From positions 1,004,419-1,068,418 of the forward strand of contig MU058198.1 in assembly GCA_013265495.1 (NCBI GenBank): DNA of 64,000 nucleotides, written 5' to 3'. Position 1 is the first letter of the stretch. Every line of letters starts with the position of its first letter. The DNA is from Vicugna vicugna (lineage: Eukaryota). A program made the translations under genes and the position numbers. The notes beneath the pieces were generated by a model. The model was given only the letters and a program-made list of their open reading frames with translations. It was not told the DNA's origin and searched no databases. Below, in pieces: positions 52,181-64,000 of the stretch.

Positions 52181-52649
52181 ACTCATGTTCATAGCAGCCT
52201 TATGCTCAATAGCCAAAAGGGGAAGCAACCCAAGTGTCTTACTGATGGATGAGTCGATAAACAAATGTCATAACTGCATACAAGGGAATATTATTCAGTC
52301 TTAAAAAGAAAGGAAATTCTGCCACGTGCTACAGCATGGATGAACCTTGAGAAACTTGAGATAAGCCAGCCAAAAGGACAAATACTGTATGATTCCACTT
52401 ATGACATCTCTAGAGTATTCAATCACAGGGAGAGGGGGTATAACGGTGGTTGCCAGGGGCTTGGGGTGGAGGGAGAAATAGGGCGTGGTGTAATGGCTAC
52501 AGAGGACCAGTTTGGGGGGATAAAAAAATTCTGGAGGTAGATAGTGGTAATGGTCACACAACAACATCAATGAACTTAAAGCCATTTAACTGTGCACTTG
52601 AAAACAATAAATTTTATGTTATGGGTATTTTACCACAATTTAAAAAAAC
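52181..52649 (+). mobile_element. L1MB-like 3' fragment
   Basis: 'catgttcatagcagc...caacccaagtgtc...acagcatggatgaaccttga...gtattttaccacaatttaaaaaaa'. Confidence 0.88.
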
Positions 52650-55004
52650 TGCCTTGACTCTTAGGTCCATTTGAAAAAAACTGGTCATCGGCTAAAGGGA
52701 ATTAGGAAAAAGCAGGTCCATTTTCTTTGGGTTTTTCTCCATGGTTACAAAGAAGGAGTTGTTCCTGGATCACACTTGAGGTAATTAAATCTTCTTTGGC
52801 TCACATTAAATTATATACAGTTCTTTTCTTTTTTTGGCCCAATTCTAAGTGTTATTTATAAACAAACAGGAAGTCCTGGTGATAACGTAATATTTCACAC
52901 TCTAGTTTTAGCTAAAACACAGCCGTGCTCAGAATGGGCACTCCTCGAAGGGAGCATCTGTGACAGGTTATAAAAGAAAATCTATTAAGTTAGAAATCTT
53001 TGCAGTCTGCTTCTGCCCCAGGCCCCCTTGCTTACTTTCTTTCCGTGTACAGTATCTGTGTGAGGGTGGAAAAGGAAGCTGGAAGCAGCCAGAGAGCACA
53101 GCCTGAAAAGGGGAGGAGGAAAGGCAGAAAGGCTGCCAGGGGTTGACTTATGAGGGCATTTTAGGGAGCGTGGCAGGAGAGAAGCGAGACCAGCAGGAGA
53201 AAGGATTTTTGAGTTCTGCCGTGCACTGTGAAGGTCTTTTTCCCTTGGCATTTTTAGCAAAAACTGCAGCAGCTATGTAAATTGCCTTTCAATTACTATT
53301 TATTTGAATGTCATAGGGAGAGGCGATAAGGCCCAAGGTGACAAGGCTGCATCTGGGTCACTTTTGCATCCTGAGGACCTAGGAAACTGGCTACCGTGGG
53401 GACTGGGTCGGATGGATCTGACACAGGGGTGAGTCCTGCGCTTCATCATTGGGATTGTCTCCTTATCAGCGGGCTTCCTCCCCCAACGCCACGTGGCACC
53501 TTGTGAAAGGCCCTTCAGAAGTGATCAACTGACAGGTTGCTCTGCCCCCGGGAGATGCCGCAGCCATGATCACTTTATGTCATCCTGCAGCTCTGTGAGG
53601 GAGCTGAAGCGAGGAAAGATAATGGTGGTGACAGAAATTATGTTGAGAATAGCTGTATATCACTTCATTTAGTACAGAGGGAAGTCAAAATGTTCATAAA
53701 AGTCCATTTGATCTGAAAGCAAATAACTTAAGTCATTCAAACTCGGTCTTGTTGGACCGTAAAGCCACTGGCAATACTTCGTATAAAGGACTCTATAGAA
53801 AAATAAATTATATTTATTGAATTGAACTTCAAGTAATAACCCTGCCACCTACTCTTTTTTTTTTTTTCTTTTCTGGCCTTCCACGTCCTATGAATTTTGA
53901 TGAATTACAAAAAGTTCTTATGGCAACCTAATCAGTTAAATAAAAAGCTATCCAGGTAATAATACAGGCACCTTTAAACTGGAGAAAAACTCATTTGCCT
54001 TTTGGGTTTGATCATTATTTATTTTCTCGCTGCTCTGATTGCCTTTCTCCAAAATCATGTTCAGAATAATACCGTTTTGTTTAAGGCTCCAGGTGTTCTT
54101 GGAATCTACCATTCTCCATTCTATTCTATAAGGAACTCACCCTTGGATGCTTTTGGTTAGATTGTTTCCACCTCCAGGCTTTGAATCTTGGATTTTTGTG
54201 GTTAAGACAGGTGCTGCACTGGCTCAACCCAGTGCCTCCTTTATACAGAAAAGATGCAGGGAGCTTGGCTGAGGAACATCCCAGAATTATGCCAAACCAT
54301 AAAACAGCACATTCTTGGAATCCCAAAGTAACTGCTTCCATGTTGCTTTCTTGATCCTGATTTGTCTGCGTTGCCTCTTCTGAAGACTTAGCTCAGGTAG
54401 CACTTCCTCCAGGAAGCCCTCTGTGATTTATCCCCAGGCCAGGTTATGTTATCTGCATTTCCCATAGACTCTGTGTTCACAGTGAGCATTTGTTGGAATT
54501 TGGATCCTTGAGATCTTTGATCTCCCTGTGCTTGAAGAATTCATTCATCCATTCAGTCATTTGTTTAACAATATTTATTGAAACTCTACTGTATTCCAGG
54601 CACTGTTCTTGGCACTGGGGACACAGCAGTGAATCACCTGGACACAAATTCCTTCCTTCTAAAGCTTCCATTTGAGAAAGGAGATATAGACAAGTATATA
54701 AATAAACAGACAGACATAAAAAAGATGAGATAGTGATAAGAGTCATGGGGGAAAATAGAGCATGGAGGAGTAATAACAAGTGCTGAGGGAAGGGGGTACT
54801 CAAGGGTTTTTTTCCCCTTTTTTCCACAGCTGTATTGAGATATAATTGACATATAACGTTGTGTAAGTTCAAGGTGTACAGTGGGTTGATTTGGTGAACT
54901 TTGGTCTCATTGAGAAGGTGACACATGAGCAAAGTCCGGAAGGCTTCCTCTTACCCAAGAGTTTTGGTAGCAGGAGAGAGTTGGCCTCTATCCATCAAAA
55001 CTCA

Positions 55005-55445
55005 GCAGGTGAGATGCTCACTTTCCCAGCATGCCTTGCAGCTGGAGAGAGCCAAAGACTTTGCCTTGGGATTTGGAAACCTAAAAATTCCGGGCCAGCA
55101 GGGAAGCCATCCTGACACAGCTGTGACAGCACTGTGCTGGCTCCAGGGGCACAGGGCAGGCGGAGTCCAGTGCAACTTATAGTGTCCAGTGCTGGAGCAG
55201 CGCTGTTAAACTGTCATGGCCAGTGTTCACTGACTGCGGGTCATTTTGAGCCCTCATTGTGGTCATTTTGAGACTGAGATACTAGCTACAGTTGAGCCTC
55301 CTTTTTCCTGCCTGTTTCCTGAGCCTTGTTCTTTAGGTTCTCTGGTGCTACTGTGGGCTTCCTGGTATCTTTCCAGTACATTTCCTTCCTGCTCAAATAA
55401 GCCAAAATTGGTTTCTGTTACTTGCAACCAATAACTCAGACTGAC
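55005..55445 (+). mobile_element. ERVL LTR (LTR33-like)
   Basis: 'ctcactttcccagcatgccttgcagctgg' and the end 'ttggtttctgttacttgcaacca'. Confidence 0.55.
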
Positions 55446-56062
55446 TGGCACATCCCATTCCACCCTGTGCTTGCCTCCATCAGTGTTTCTATCTCAATAT
55501 ATTGTAAAGCCTGGTTCACCTATGTGCCTCTTGTATGCCATGAGCTCTTGAGCTCTTTATTATTCATTGTTATACTCCCGGTTTCTGGCCTGTGCTTGAC
55601 ACACAGTAGGGGCTCAGTATGCTTTGTTGAACCCATGAAAGAACAACAGAAAAAGGAAAAGATGCATAAATGAAACTTCTGAGTCCATGCTTTTCTTCAT
55701 GGCATTCTCACTTTCAAAAAAAGTCCAGAGGTCGTATCCAACCATGCCAAGGCAGCTCTGTTGTTCAAGTCTAGAGGCCATCTCCTGCAGCAATCACGCA
55801 GAATAAAGGTGAGTGTTTTCCATTACTGGCTAAAACAGCTCTCCATCAGGGTGCCTCTGCAGAACTCATTACTTTTAAGAAAGGGAAGACATATCAAAAC
55901 ATATCCTCAAATATCAGTTGAAAGAAGGGAAACTGAAAATCTATTGAATGAAGAACAGAACCAGAACATCTCTACTCTACTTCTGTAGAGCTGATGATCT
56001 TGAGTGCATCATTACATGGGTCTCAGTTTCTTCTTCTGTAAAATGGGGGAGATTGAGTTAGA

Positions 56063-56270
56063 TCATGTTTCTTATACGTGCATGACTGACATTATATGGG
56101 CTGGATAATTCTTTGTCGTGGGGGTGGTCATCTACATTTTAGAGTGTTCAGCTGCATCCTTGGCCTCTACTCAATAGATGCCAGTAGGATTCCCCTAATT
56201 GTGACAAAGTCCCTAGACATAGCCAAATGTCCCCTAGGATGTAAAATTGCCCCCAGTCGAGAACCACTGA
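56063..56270. mobile_element. MER20 (hAT-Charlie)
   Basis: 'gggctggataattctttgtcgtggggg...ctcaatagatgccagtag...gccaaatgtccccta...attgcccccagtcgagaaccactg'. Confidence 0.88.
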
Positions 56271-56914
56271 ATTAGATGATATCCAAGCAGATTACAAGTT
56301 CTAGGATTGAAGCAAGAGCTGGGGCTGGTTCTCTGCCATACCTGGCACCTCACTCAGTGTGGCATCATAGAAAGCATTCAATACAAACTGAACAAATGAG
56401 AAGAAATATATAGTTCCTTCCAGCTAGATGACTTCTTTAGCACCAAAGAATCATGTAGATAATAATGATACTAATTACTCAGGTGACCACCCCTACTTGA
56501 ATAGGTAGCCTTCCTGGATAGAAATGAGCTAAGGCACCATTACACAATGGATCCATCTTCCCACTTTGGCAACACAATAGTGACTATAATTGGCAGGGAT
56601 GGTCCACTCAGTCCTGATAGTGATGCCAACTGTATCTCCAAAAAGATCTCCAAAAAGATAATTCTGAATTTGTGAATATGACAAAAAGATTAGTTAAGAA
56701 AAATGAGTCTAAATTTTGAAGGGAGCCTTGTACACAGTTTACTGTTCAGGTTGCATAAAATATGTAGGATTATGAATACTAATCCAGTTCCTAAATTTTT
56801 CCTTATCTTTTGCGATGTGTGACTAAGAAAGTGGTTTCTAGCCAGTCCATCCAGGACTTTCCTTCTCTTATTTTTCATCTTATGCTTTTCTGCCTTTGGC
56901 ATTCTACATTGTCT

Positions 56915-57245
56915 CATAGGGATTGCATTGACTATGTGGTTCAACTTGGGGTCTGTTCCCATCCTAACAATACTCGGTCTTCTAATCCGGCAATATGAGA
57001 TGTCTTTCCATTTACTTAGGTTTTTCATTTCTTTCACCAATATTTTGTAAAATGTTGCACTTCTTTTGTGAAATTTATTCCTAAATGTTTTATAGTTGCT
57101 ATCATAAATGCAATTGTTTTCTTAATTTCATTTTGGATTGTTTGTTGCTAGTATAGAGAAGTACAACATATTTTTGTGTATCAATCTTATATCCTGCAAC
57201 CTTGCTAAGCTCATTTATTCATTCTAGTGGTTTTTCAGTGGGCTT
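56915..57245 (-). mobile_element. Old L1 ORF2 fragment
   Basis: The start of minus-strand ORF 56690-57040 (KNLSKWKDISYCRIRRPSIVRM) resembles the L1 ORF2 segment '[20 protein letters not shown]'. Confidence 0.8.
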
Positions 57246-57249
57246 CTTT

Positions 57250-57843
57250 TTAAAAAAATTTTTTTTATTGAAGTATAGTTGATTTACAATATTAGTTTCC
57301 TTGGATGTATAGCAAAGTGATTCACTTATATATATATATATACACAAACATATATGTTTTCTTTTCAGATTCTGTTCCATTATATGCCATTATAAGAAAC
57401 TGAATATAGTTCCCTGTGCTATACAAAAGGTCCTTGCAGTTTATCTATTTTACATGTAGTAATGTGTGTCTGTTAATCTCAAATCCCTAATTTATCACTG
57501 CCTGCCCTGTCCCCTTTGGTAACCATAGTTTGTTTTCTATGTCCGTGGGTCTGTTTTTGGTTTGTAAATAGAATTTGTATCTTTTTAGAAAAACTCCACA
57601 TATAAATGATATAATATGATATTTGTCTTTCTCTGTCTGACTTACTTCACTCAGTATGATAATCTCCAGGTCCATCCATGCTGCTGCAAATGGCATTATT
57701 TCATTCTTTTTATGGCAGAGTAGCATTCCATTGTGTGTGTATACCACATCTCCTTTATACACTCATCTGTTGTTGGACATTGGGTTGTTTCCTTGTCTTG
57801 GCTACTGTAAAGAGTGCTGCTGTGAACACTGGGGTGCAGGTGT
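57250..57843 (-). mobile_element. Artiodactyl/camelid L1 3' end
   Basis: 'tttttattgaagtatagttgatttacaat...tagttccctgtgctatac...ccctttggtaaccat...atctccaggtccatccatgctgctgcaaatggcatt'. Confidence 0.9.
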
Positions 57844-58584
57844 TGACCAGTCATCGTGTTGGAAGGACTAGGACCTGTGTCTCCTGACCATTACTCAAGG
57901 CTATTTCCATTAGGCCACTTGTGTGTGCAAGACAGCAGGGTCAGAAAAAAATCACCTACTGGGGACACTGGAGACAAAGAGACCTGGGTTCGAGTTCTGG
58001 TTCTATCACTTACTGACTGTTACTCATCACAGGGTCTATGAGCCTGAATTGCCATATACATGGACCCTCACCCCCTCCACCCCACAGTAGAGGTTCAAAG
58101 CTCAGAGTCTGAAACCAGACTCTCTGGGTTTCATCCCAGCACCACGAACTACTTACTAGCAGTGCAACCTTGGGCACATTACTTAACGTCTCTGGGCCAG
58201 TGATACAGGGATAATAATAGTGCTTACTTCACAGACCTGTAGAACTAAGTGAGTTTAGGATTAAATACATAAACCACATAGAACAATGCCTGGGACATAT
58301 AATGTACTAAATGTTAACATTATTATAATCAAAAGAGTGGATTGTAGGACTGTCCTAGGGACCAAATGAAAGCGATTTTTAGGTGAAAGCATTTTCTAAA
58401 CTTGTAAAACAATACAAGTAAAATTCATTATTATTCTCTGGGTGAATTAAAAAATCAGCAGCCCAGAGAATGAAATTGATGACTGTCATTTATTAAAGCC
58501 TTATTATGTGCCAGGGACTTTTATTTCTATTATTTAAGTACCACAATAAGCCAGAGGTGACTATTATTTTTTTGCTGATAAGAG

Positions 58585-58840
58585 GGGCAGTGTAGCAGAG
58601 TATAGGAGTGAAGTACGCAGATTATGAGGCCAAGGTTGCCTGGATCTGAATCCTCACTCAGCCACTTACTGGTTATGTGAACACAGGTGAGTTACTTAAA
58701 CTCCCTGTGCCTCAGTTTCCCAGTCTATAAATAAGAATAAAGAAAATAGTAATATCTTTTTTATAGGTTTTTCTGAGGATTAAATTAGTTAATTTCATGA
58801 AGTGCTTAGGACAGTGTTTATCAGGTAAGTGTTTGTTTAA
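58585..58840 (+). mobile_element. MIR SINE, near full length
   Basis: 'gcagtgtagcagagt...gcctggatctgaatcct..ctcagccacttactggttatgtga...tgtgcctcagtttccc'. Confidence 0.8.
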
Positions 58841-58844
58841 GAAA

Positions 58845-58950
58845 GAATGAAAGGAGGGAGGGAGAGAGAAAATGGAGAAAGGAAGGAAGGAAAGAAGGCA
58901 GGCAGGCAGGCAGGAAGGAAGGAAGGAGGGAGGGAAGGAAGGAAAGGAGG
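58845..58950. repeat. (GGAA)/(GGCA)n simple repeat
   Basis: Directly visible. Confidence 0.9.
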
Positions 58951-59535
58951 TAGCCAGCCCCAACAAGTTGAAGTCACTTGTTCATAACACATGACTAATA
59001 TGTGCAGAAGTGGGGACATGAAAGCAGGTCTGTCTGGGTCCTCTCCAAAGGCTGTGCCCCTTCTGCTCAACAGGGCTTAGGAGAAAGGCAAGGACAGGAG
59101 ATGGGTTTCAGGATGTCAGGCAGAGCCAATCATCCAGGTTCCAAATGGACAAATCATCAAGGATGGCATGAGTCATTAAGTGGTGCTCAGAAAGGCTATC
59201 CATCAACTTGAGAGCTAGTCCACTTGACATCCATCTAGGGTCTCAGAGGCCACTTGGTGGACAGGTCCTTCCTCCACGGCATTCCTTGCCGAGGACTTGC
59301 CTTGCTGGAGCTCACAGCGCTGTCTTTGCTCTTCATTTGGCAGTACCTCAGAAGCTCAGGCAGGGGCTCTGGCGCTTAGGGTCCAGATCTGAAAATTGCA
59401 GACCACAGGCAAAGCCTGGAATTCCTCCTTCCCTGACATCTCATTTTCCCAGCTGTTAGCTGCTCTCTCTCAGCTGGCAAGGGTCCTGGTGGGCAGTGTG
59501 CGGCTGGATTTAAAGTCTTGATTTGGGTTTTCTTT

Positions 59536-59847
59536 CTTTTTTAACTTATTTTTATTTTTTTAAACATTTTTTTAATTGAGTTATAGTCATTTTACAATGT
59601 TGTGTCAAATTCCAGTGTAGAGCACAATTTTTCAGTTATGCATGGACATACATATGTTCATTGTCACATTTTTTTTCTCTGTGAGCTACCACATGATCTT
59701 GTATATATTTCCCTGTGCTATACAGTATAACCTTGTTTATCTATTCTGCATATGCCTGTCAGTATCTACAAATTTTGAACTCCTAGGCTATCCCTTCCCA
59801 CCCCACCCCACCCCTTGGCAACCACAAGTTTCTAGTCTATGTCTATG
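59536..59847 (-). mobile_element. Young 5'-truncated camelid-type L1 (3' UTR only)
   Basis: T-rich tail, 'attgagttatagtcattttacaatgttgtgtcaaattccagtgtagagcacaa', and a perfect 12-bp TSD tgggttttcttt at 59524-59535 and 59848-59859. Confidence 0.9.
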
Positions 59848-59874
59848 TGGGTTTTCTTTTATTGGTAGCTTATC

Positions 59875-60620
59875 TCTTGGAATTTATGATATTGTTGATT
59901 TTAAGATGCATCACTATTTTATATTTCACCAAGAAAAAAAACACACACACAACTAATTAAGCTATGACATTTGCTTATCATTTAGAATTTTAATTTTGTA
60001 TCTATGAAAAGAGTCTGCTAGAGCCTTTTGAGACATAGATTTGAACAGATATCACTCTTATGGATATATAAAAAAGAAAATTTTAGCAAAAATAGTTCAG
60101 GAGGTTCTAAAACCTCTTCAAATTCAATGCACAACTCTTGTGACTCACTTTTCAACTTAGGTCATCCATGGTCAACAGTGTCGGTGTTTTTCCACACAGT
60201 ACCAGGCTCTGTGTTGCTTCCAGTGTTGGTGACGTGGCATTTCCTGGAAGAATGCTCCATTGTTGACTCTGGGATTTTCTTTTAAAAACTCTGACACTCA
60301 TTCTACAAGGTTTGATGTTGACATTTTCTTGATCTTATCATGTGCTTGCAATGAAAGGTATTCAGATAAAAAGCAAGACTCATGTCCCTTTCTTAGATGG
60401 TCCTCAATGGTTCATTGACTGAAAGATCAAGGGGTTGTAGGTGTCTCACCGTGCCGCCTCGAGTAACAACCCGATCGGGGCATTCACAGGGAATAGTACC
60501 CATGTCTTGTCTGCCACTGACCAGTGGTTATGGTAAATATCATCAATAGTGAGATGCCTCAGAATGCCAGAGATGTTCAAAGACAGGAAAAGATGTACAT
60601 CTTAGAACAGATGAAATGAA
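59875..60620 (-). mobile_element. Tc2/pogo-type DNA transposon fossil (Kanga1-like) with transposase remnant
   Basis: The minus strand translates to VVTRGGTVRHLQPLDLSVNEPLR (about 60470-60402) and, after a stop and frameshift, KIPESTMEHSSRKCHVTN...VWKN. Terminal motifs 'gattttaagatgca' and 'tacatcttagaacagatgaaat'. Confidence 0.8.
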
Positions 60621-61334
60621 TTGTTTTCCAAGAAGGCAGCCACTCCTTTGCTTGTCTTTGCCTGGAAGGGGAATCCCCTTACTAGCTTTATTTTGGAGTT
60701 TTTTGGGGGAGATAATACTAGGTGGCCCTGAAAAGGTGAGGATGGGGAGGTAAGTTTTTTAGGAGATGAGGCAGAAGTGAGAAGGGCAGAGAGAAGCATG
60801 AACCCCAAGTCTAGGAGGGTGCGCAGGTTCTGTGAGAGGCTGAAAACTGTGACTTATCTCCTCACCTTGACAGCTTTAGTTGCACCCAGGGGGATGTGCT
60901 TAGACTCTGGGCTTCCAGCATCCTCTGGGGCCTCATGGCCAAGCAACACCCATCAGAGTAGAGCTGCCTGACTCCAAAGAGTGAAATGGCTTCTAGAATA
61001 TTCCACTCTTTCTAAGAGCTTTGAGGCCCTTTTCCTAGTCCAGAAAAGTGAGAAGAAGCTCTGATAATGACTGGAACTAAATTTCCAACCCGGCCAACTG
61101 AATGAGGCTGGGATTCAAATTTGATTTAGAGAAAATAAAATACTGTGACACCTTTTGTCCACTTAATTTACAGAATAAGAGCTAAATTTATAACTGTTGC
61201 ATGTCTGTTGTGTATGTTAAAGAATTTTTTTTCTTTTTTAACTGGAAAAGCAGCTTTGGATGGAAGTAATCCTTGAGCCTAGCCCCGCTTTCCCCAGAAT
61301 TTCTGTGTGGCTTCACTAGGCTGGCTTTATGTAC

Positions 61335-61522
61335 CTGGTATTTCTCAATGGGCCACCATAGGCATTCGGGGTGGGACAAATCCTGCACATAGCAGATTGT
61401 CTTGCAGTCAGGTGCTTCCGCTGTCAGTGGTGCCTGCTTGATCACTTTGTCAACCCTAAATGAACCCCACATTTCCAAATGGCCCCTGTCAGGGAGGTGC
61501 CGCCTTTGGTAGAGAAACACTA
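61335..61522. mobile_element. hAT-Charlie MITE (MER20B-like)
   Basis: Ends 'gtatttctcaat' and 'tagagaaacact'; internal 'cacatttccaaatggcccct'. Confidence 0.5.
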
Positions 61523-61939
61523 GGCAAATGGGCTGCAGCCACGGCATTGCTGAGTGGTGTTGAAACTCTCTGGGCTAACGTTTCATTTATCATGGCCATT
61601 GTGATCATTTAAAGATAAATTCTGGTCAGCAAGAAAGTATGTAGAACAAAGAAACAATCCATAAAACAGCTCATTGCATAAAAACATCGAACTCTCTAGA
61701 GCAAGCAGGGGAGAAATCAAATATGCATTATTATGAGGGCTGCAATGGTTTTTCTTAGCACGTTAAAAATGCAAGACATTCTAAATAAGTGCTTCTCATC
61801 TGGTTTTTGTGCAGTAAAATCTGGGAAACTGAAAACCGAAAACGTGATCATAATAATTACCTAATTTCAGACTAGTGGCCATGAGAAAAATCACTCCTTT
61901 TGGTGAGGGGAAAGAAAATGAAGGGACATTTTACTTCTC

Positions 61940-62092
61940 TAGCATTTTTTATATGCCAGATGTTGTAGTAAATGTATTTCCCATTTGAGCATCCCTGCAG
62001 TGCTGAGGTAGGTATTGCTGTTCCCATTTCACAGATGAGGAAACTGAGGCTCAGGGAGTTAACATCACTTGCTCGGCGTCATATAGCTTGGA
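61940..62092 (-). mobile_element. MIR SINE
   Basis: 'cccatttcacagatgaggaaactgaggctcagggagttaa'. Confidence 0.85.
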
Positions 62093-62320
62093 AGAAAACA
62101 CTCTCCAGGTTAAACTGAGAAGAGTGTCTATCAAAGGAGCTATTAAGGCAGCCTAGTTGGAGGAAGAAGTCAAATCATGACTGAAGAGGGGCAGTCAAGG
62201 CATAGCTGGGGAGGTGGTGCTTAGCGTAGATGGTCAGGTGAGCCGAAAACAGGAGACCTAGAAGCCTGGAGGGCTGAGTGCAAGGTGGAGCTCAGTGGAA
62301 GGAATGAGTGAGAACAAGCT

Positions 62321-62372
62321 TGTGTGTGTGTGTGTGTGTGTCTGTGTCTGTGTGCCTGTCTGTCTGTCTGTG
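62321..62372. repeat. (TG)n/(TCTG)n microsatellite
   Basis: Directly visible. Confidence 0.9.
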
Positions 62373-64000
62373 CACATGCATCCCCACACCTGCCTTTCTG
62401 GTGTCCCCTTTGCCTAGATCAGATGCAAGAATGGGAATGGAGACTAGAAGGGATCATACAGTGTTGATGGACTGGATGATCAACTGTGTTCCCAGTGTGC
62501 TTGGTTTAAGGACACACTCTGTACTTGTGCTTCTAAATTGAGACCCCTGTGGTAAGGAAGATTATGCTCGGGCTCCTCTCACAAGCCCCCTGAAAGCTGT
62601 TCCTTCTTTAGCTGCTCTGCTGCTGGGAAGCTGGGATAGTGATTTCAGTCCAGCCCTGTTGGATTTCCTGTTTACTCTCGCCTGTTCAGCTCAGTTACAG
62701 CCAATTAGCTGACATGGAAGCTGCTTGCCCAGTTCTGGGCACAGGATGGTCTCTGTTCCATCCTTCGGACAGTCTGTGCCAGATCTTCTGCCCTTCCAAG
62801 ATTTCAGTTGATGTTGCTCCCCTCGCTTTCCTTTTGTACAGGACCACCACTTCACAATCAATGGTTTCATTTTCTGTGCTCCAGCCACGCTGAACACATT
62901 TCGGTCCTCCGAATGTGCCCGTTGTCTCGGGCTCCAGGCCCTTGCCCGTGTGGGTCCCTCTCCCCGGAACACTCTTCCCTCTCCCCCACCTCTGTCCTGG
63001 CTAACTCGCCCTCCAGGTCTCAGCTAAGACAGCACTTCCCTCAAGAAGACCTTCTGATGCTGGCAGGCTGAGCAGAGAGCCACACTCTTGTTTCCTTATC
63101 ACTCTGTGTCCACACCAGACCCCCAGTCACGGCACTTACTTATTATCATCCCTAAGTGGTAACCGTGATTGCCTGGTTTCCTGTTAGCCTGCTCTGTTAG
63201 GTGGTTAGCATTAGGAAGGCACAAACTCTATTTCTTGTATTTGACGTGTGTCTGATTTCAGTTTTTGAGATGCGACTTTGCAACTAACCAGTTATTGATA
63301 GTGTTGGCATTTTTCATTTAAATGCAGAGCAAAGTTCCAAAAACCCCATAAGAAAGATTTGCCTACACTTATGTGAAATGAATGGTGCCCACTTGGTTTA
63401 GTTTGATGAAACTTAGAAATTTCTCTTTAAACTGTCTTGTTCTGACATCTTTTGAGTTATAGGAACTTGTCTTCTGTTGAGATGTAAACATTCCTGGGAG
63501 GATTTGTCAAGTCATTTGTTTGAATTAGTTTTTCTCATTGGTCCCAAAGCAGGCTGACTATAAGGGTTATCAAAGGAGCTTTGTTTTGTTTTGTTTTAAA
63601 CATAGATTCCTCTGTCCTATCCACAAAAAAGTCTGATTCAGTTGGACTCCAGAATGAATGGGTCATTGGCACACTTTTACTCAGCCAGCCTCTTAACACC
63701 CATAGAACAGTGTATTCTGATGGTAATTTACAGGGTTAGAATCAGTCACAGAATCTACCTTATCACTGATTTACAATTAAATTAATCTCCTATGAAGAAG
63801 ACTATGGGTTGATTCCATCCACTCTCATTCCAGCTTCCCTCCAAGATGCTTTTCTTACTGGAAAGATAGAAACTACATCTCCCAGAGAGGGTTTCTGAAA
63901 ATCAGAGACTCTTGTTTGAAGCTCAGATTCAGTACTGAGTTAGGCAGGGACAAAGTACGTGCACAGCAGAAGCACCTTGAATCTACAGCTGCGGATTAGT

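Noticed and set aside
56633..56659. 12-bp tandem duplication (atctccaaaaag x2), and similar ones near 31308 and 51291
   Set aside because: Ordinary slippage duplications.

Overview
Mammalian, non-coding, repeat-rich genomic DNA, either intergenic or deep intronic. It is most likely from a camelid, because it has two tRNA-Ala-derived Vic-1-type SINEs and camelid-style L1 3' ends, and I saw no Alu, Bov-tA, PRE1 or SINEC. I cannot support any protein-coding gene, tRNA/rRNA gene or CRISPR array; the ORF track reflects chance ORFs and repeat-derived frames. The window is dominated by ancient eutherian repeats: many MIRs, L2, MaLR/ERVL LTRs, L1M fragments, and hAT and Tc1/pogo DNA-transposon fossils. 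Several repeat-free, homeobox-motif-rich blocks look like conserved enhancers. Most notable: (1) a near-perfect 5 x 65-bp minisatellite beside an enhancer-like block; (2) a ~1.65-kb probable retrocopy of an mRNA 3' end (AATAAA plus A-tail) splitting a hAT fossil; (3) inside it, an odd SINE / unknown filler / L1 chimera; (4) a pogo-type transposase remnant; (5) weak candidate small exons near 17.5-18.4 kb. Repeat subfamily names are from recall of consensus sequences, and boundaries are approximate unless a target-site duplication (TSD) is given. I found no convincing novel biological system.
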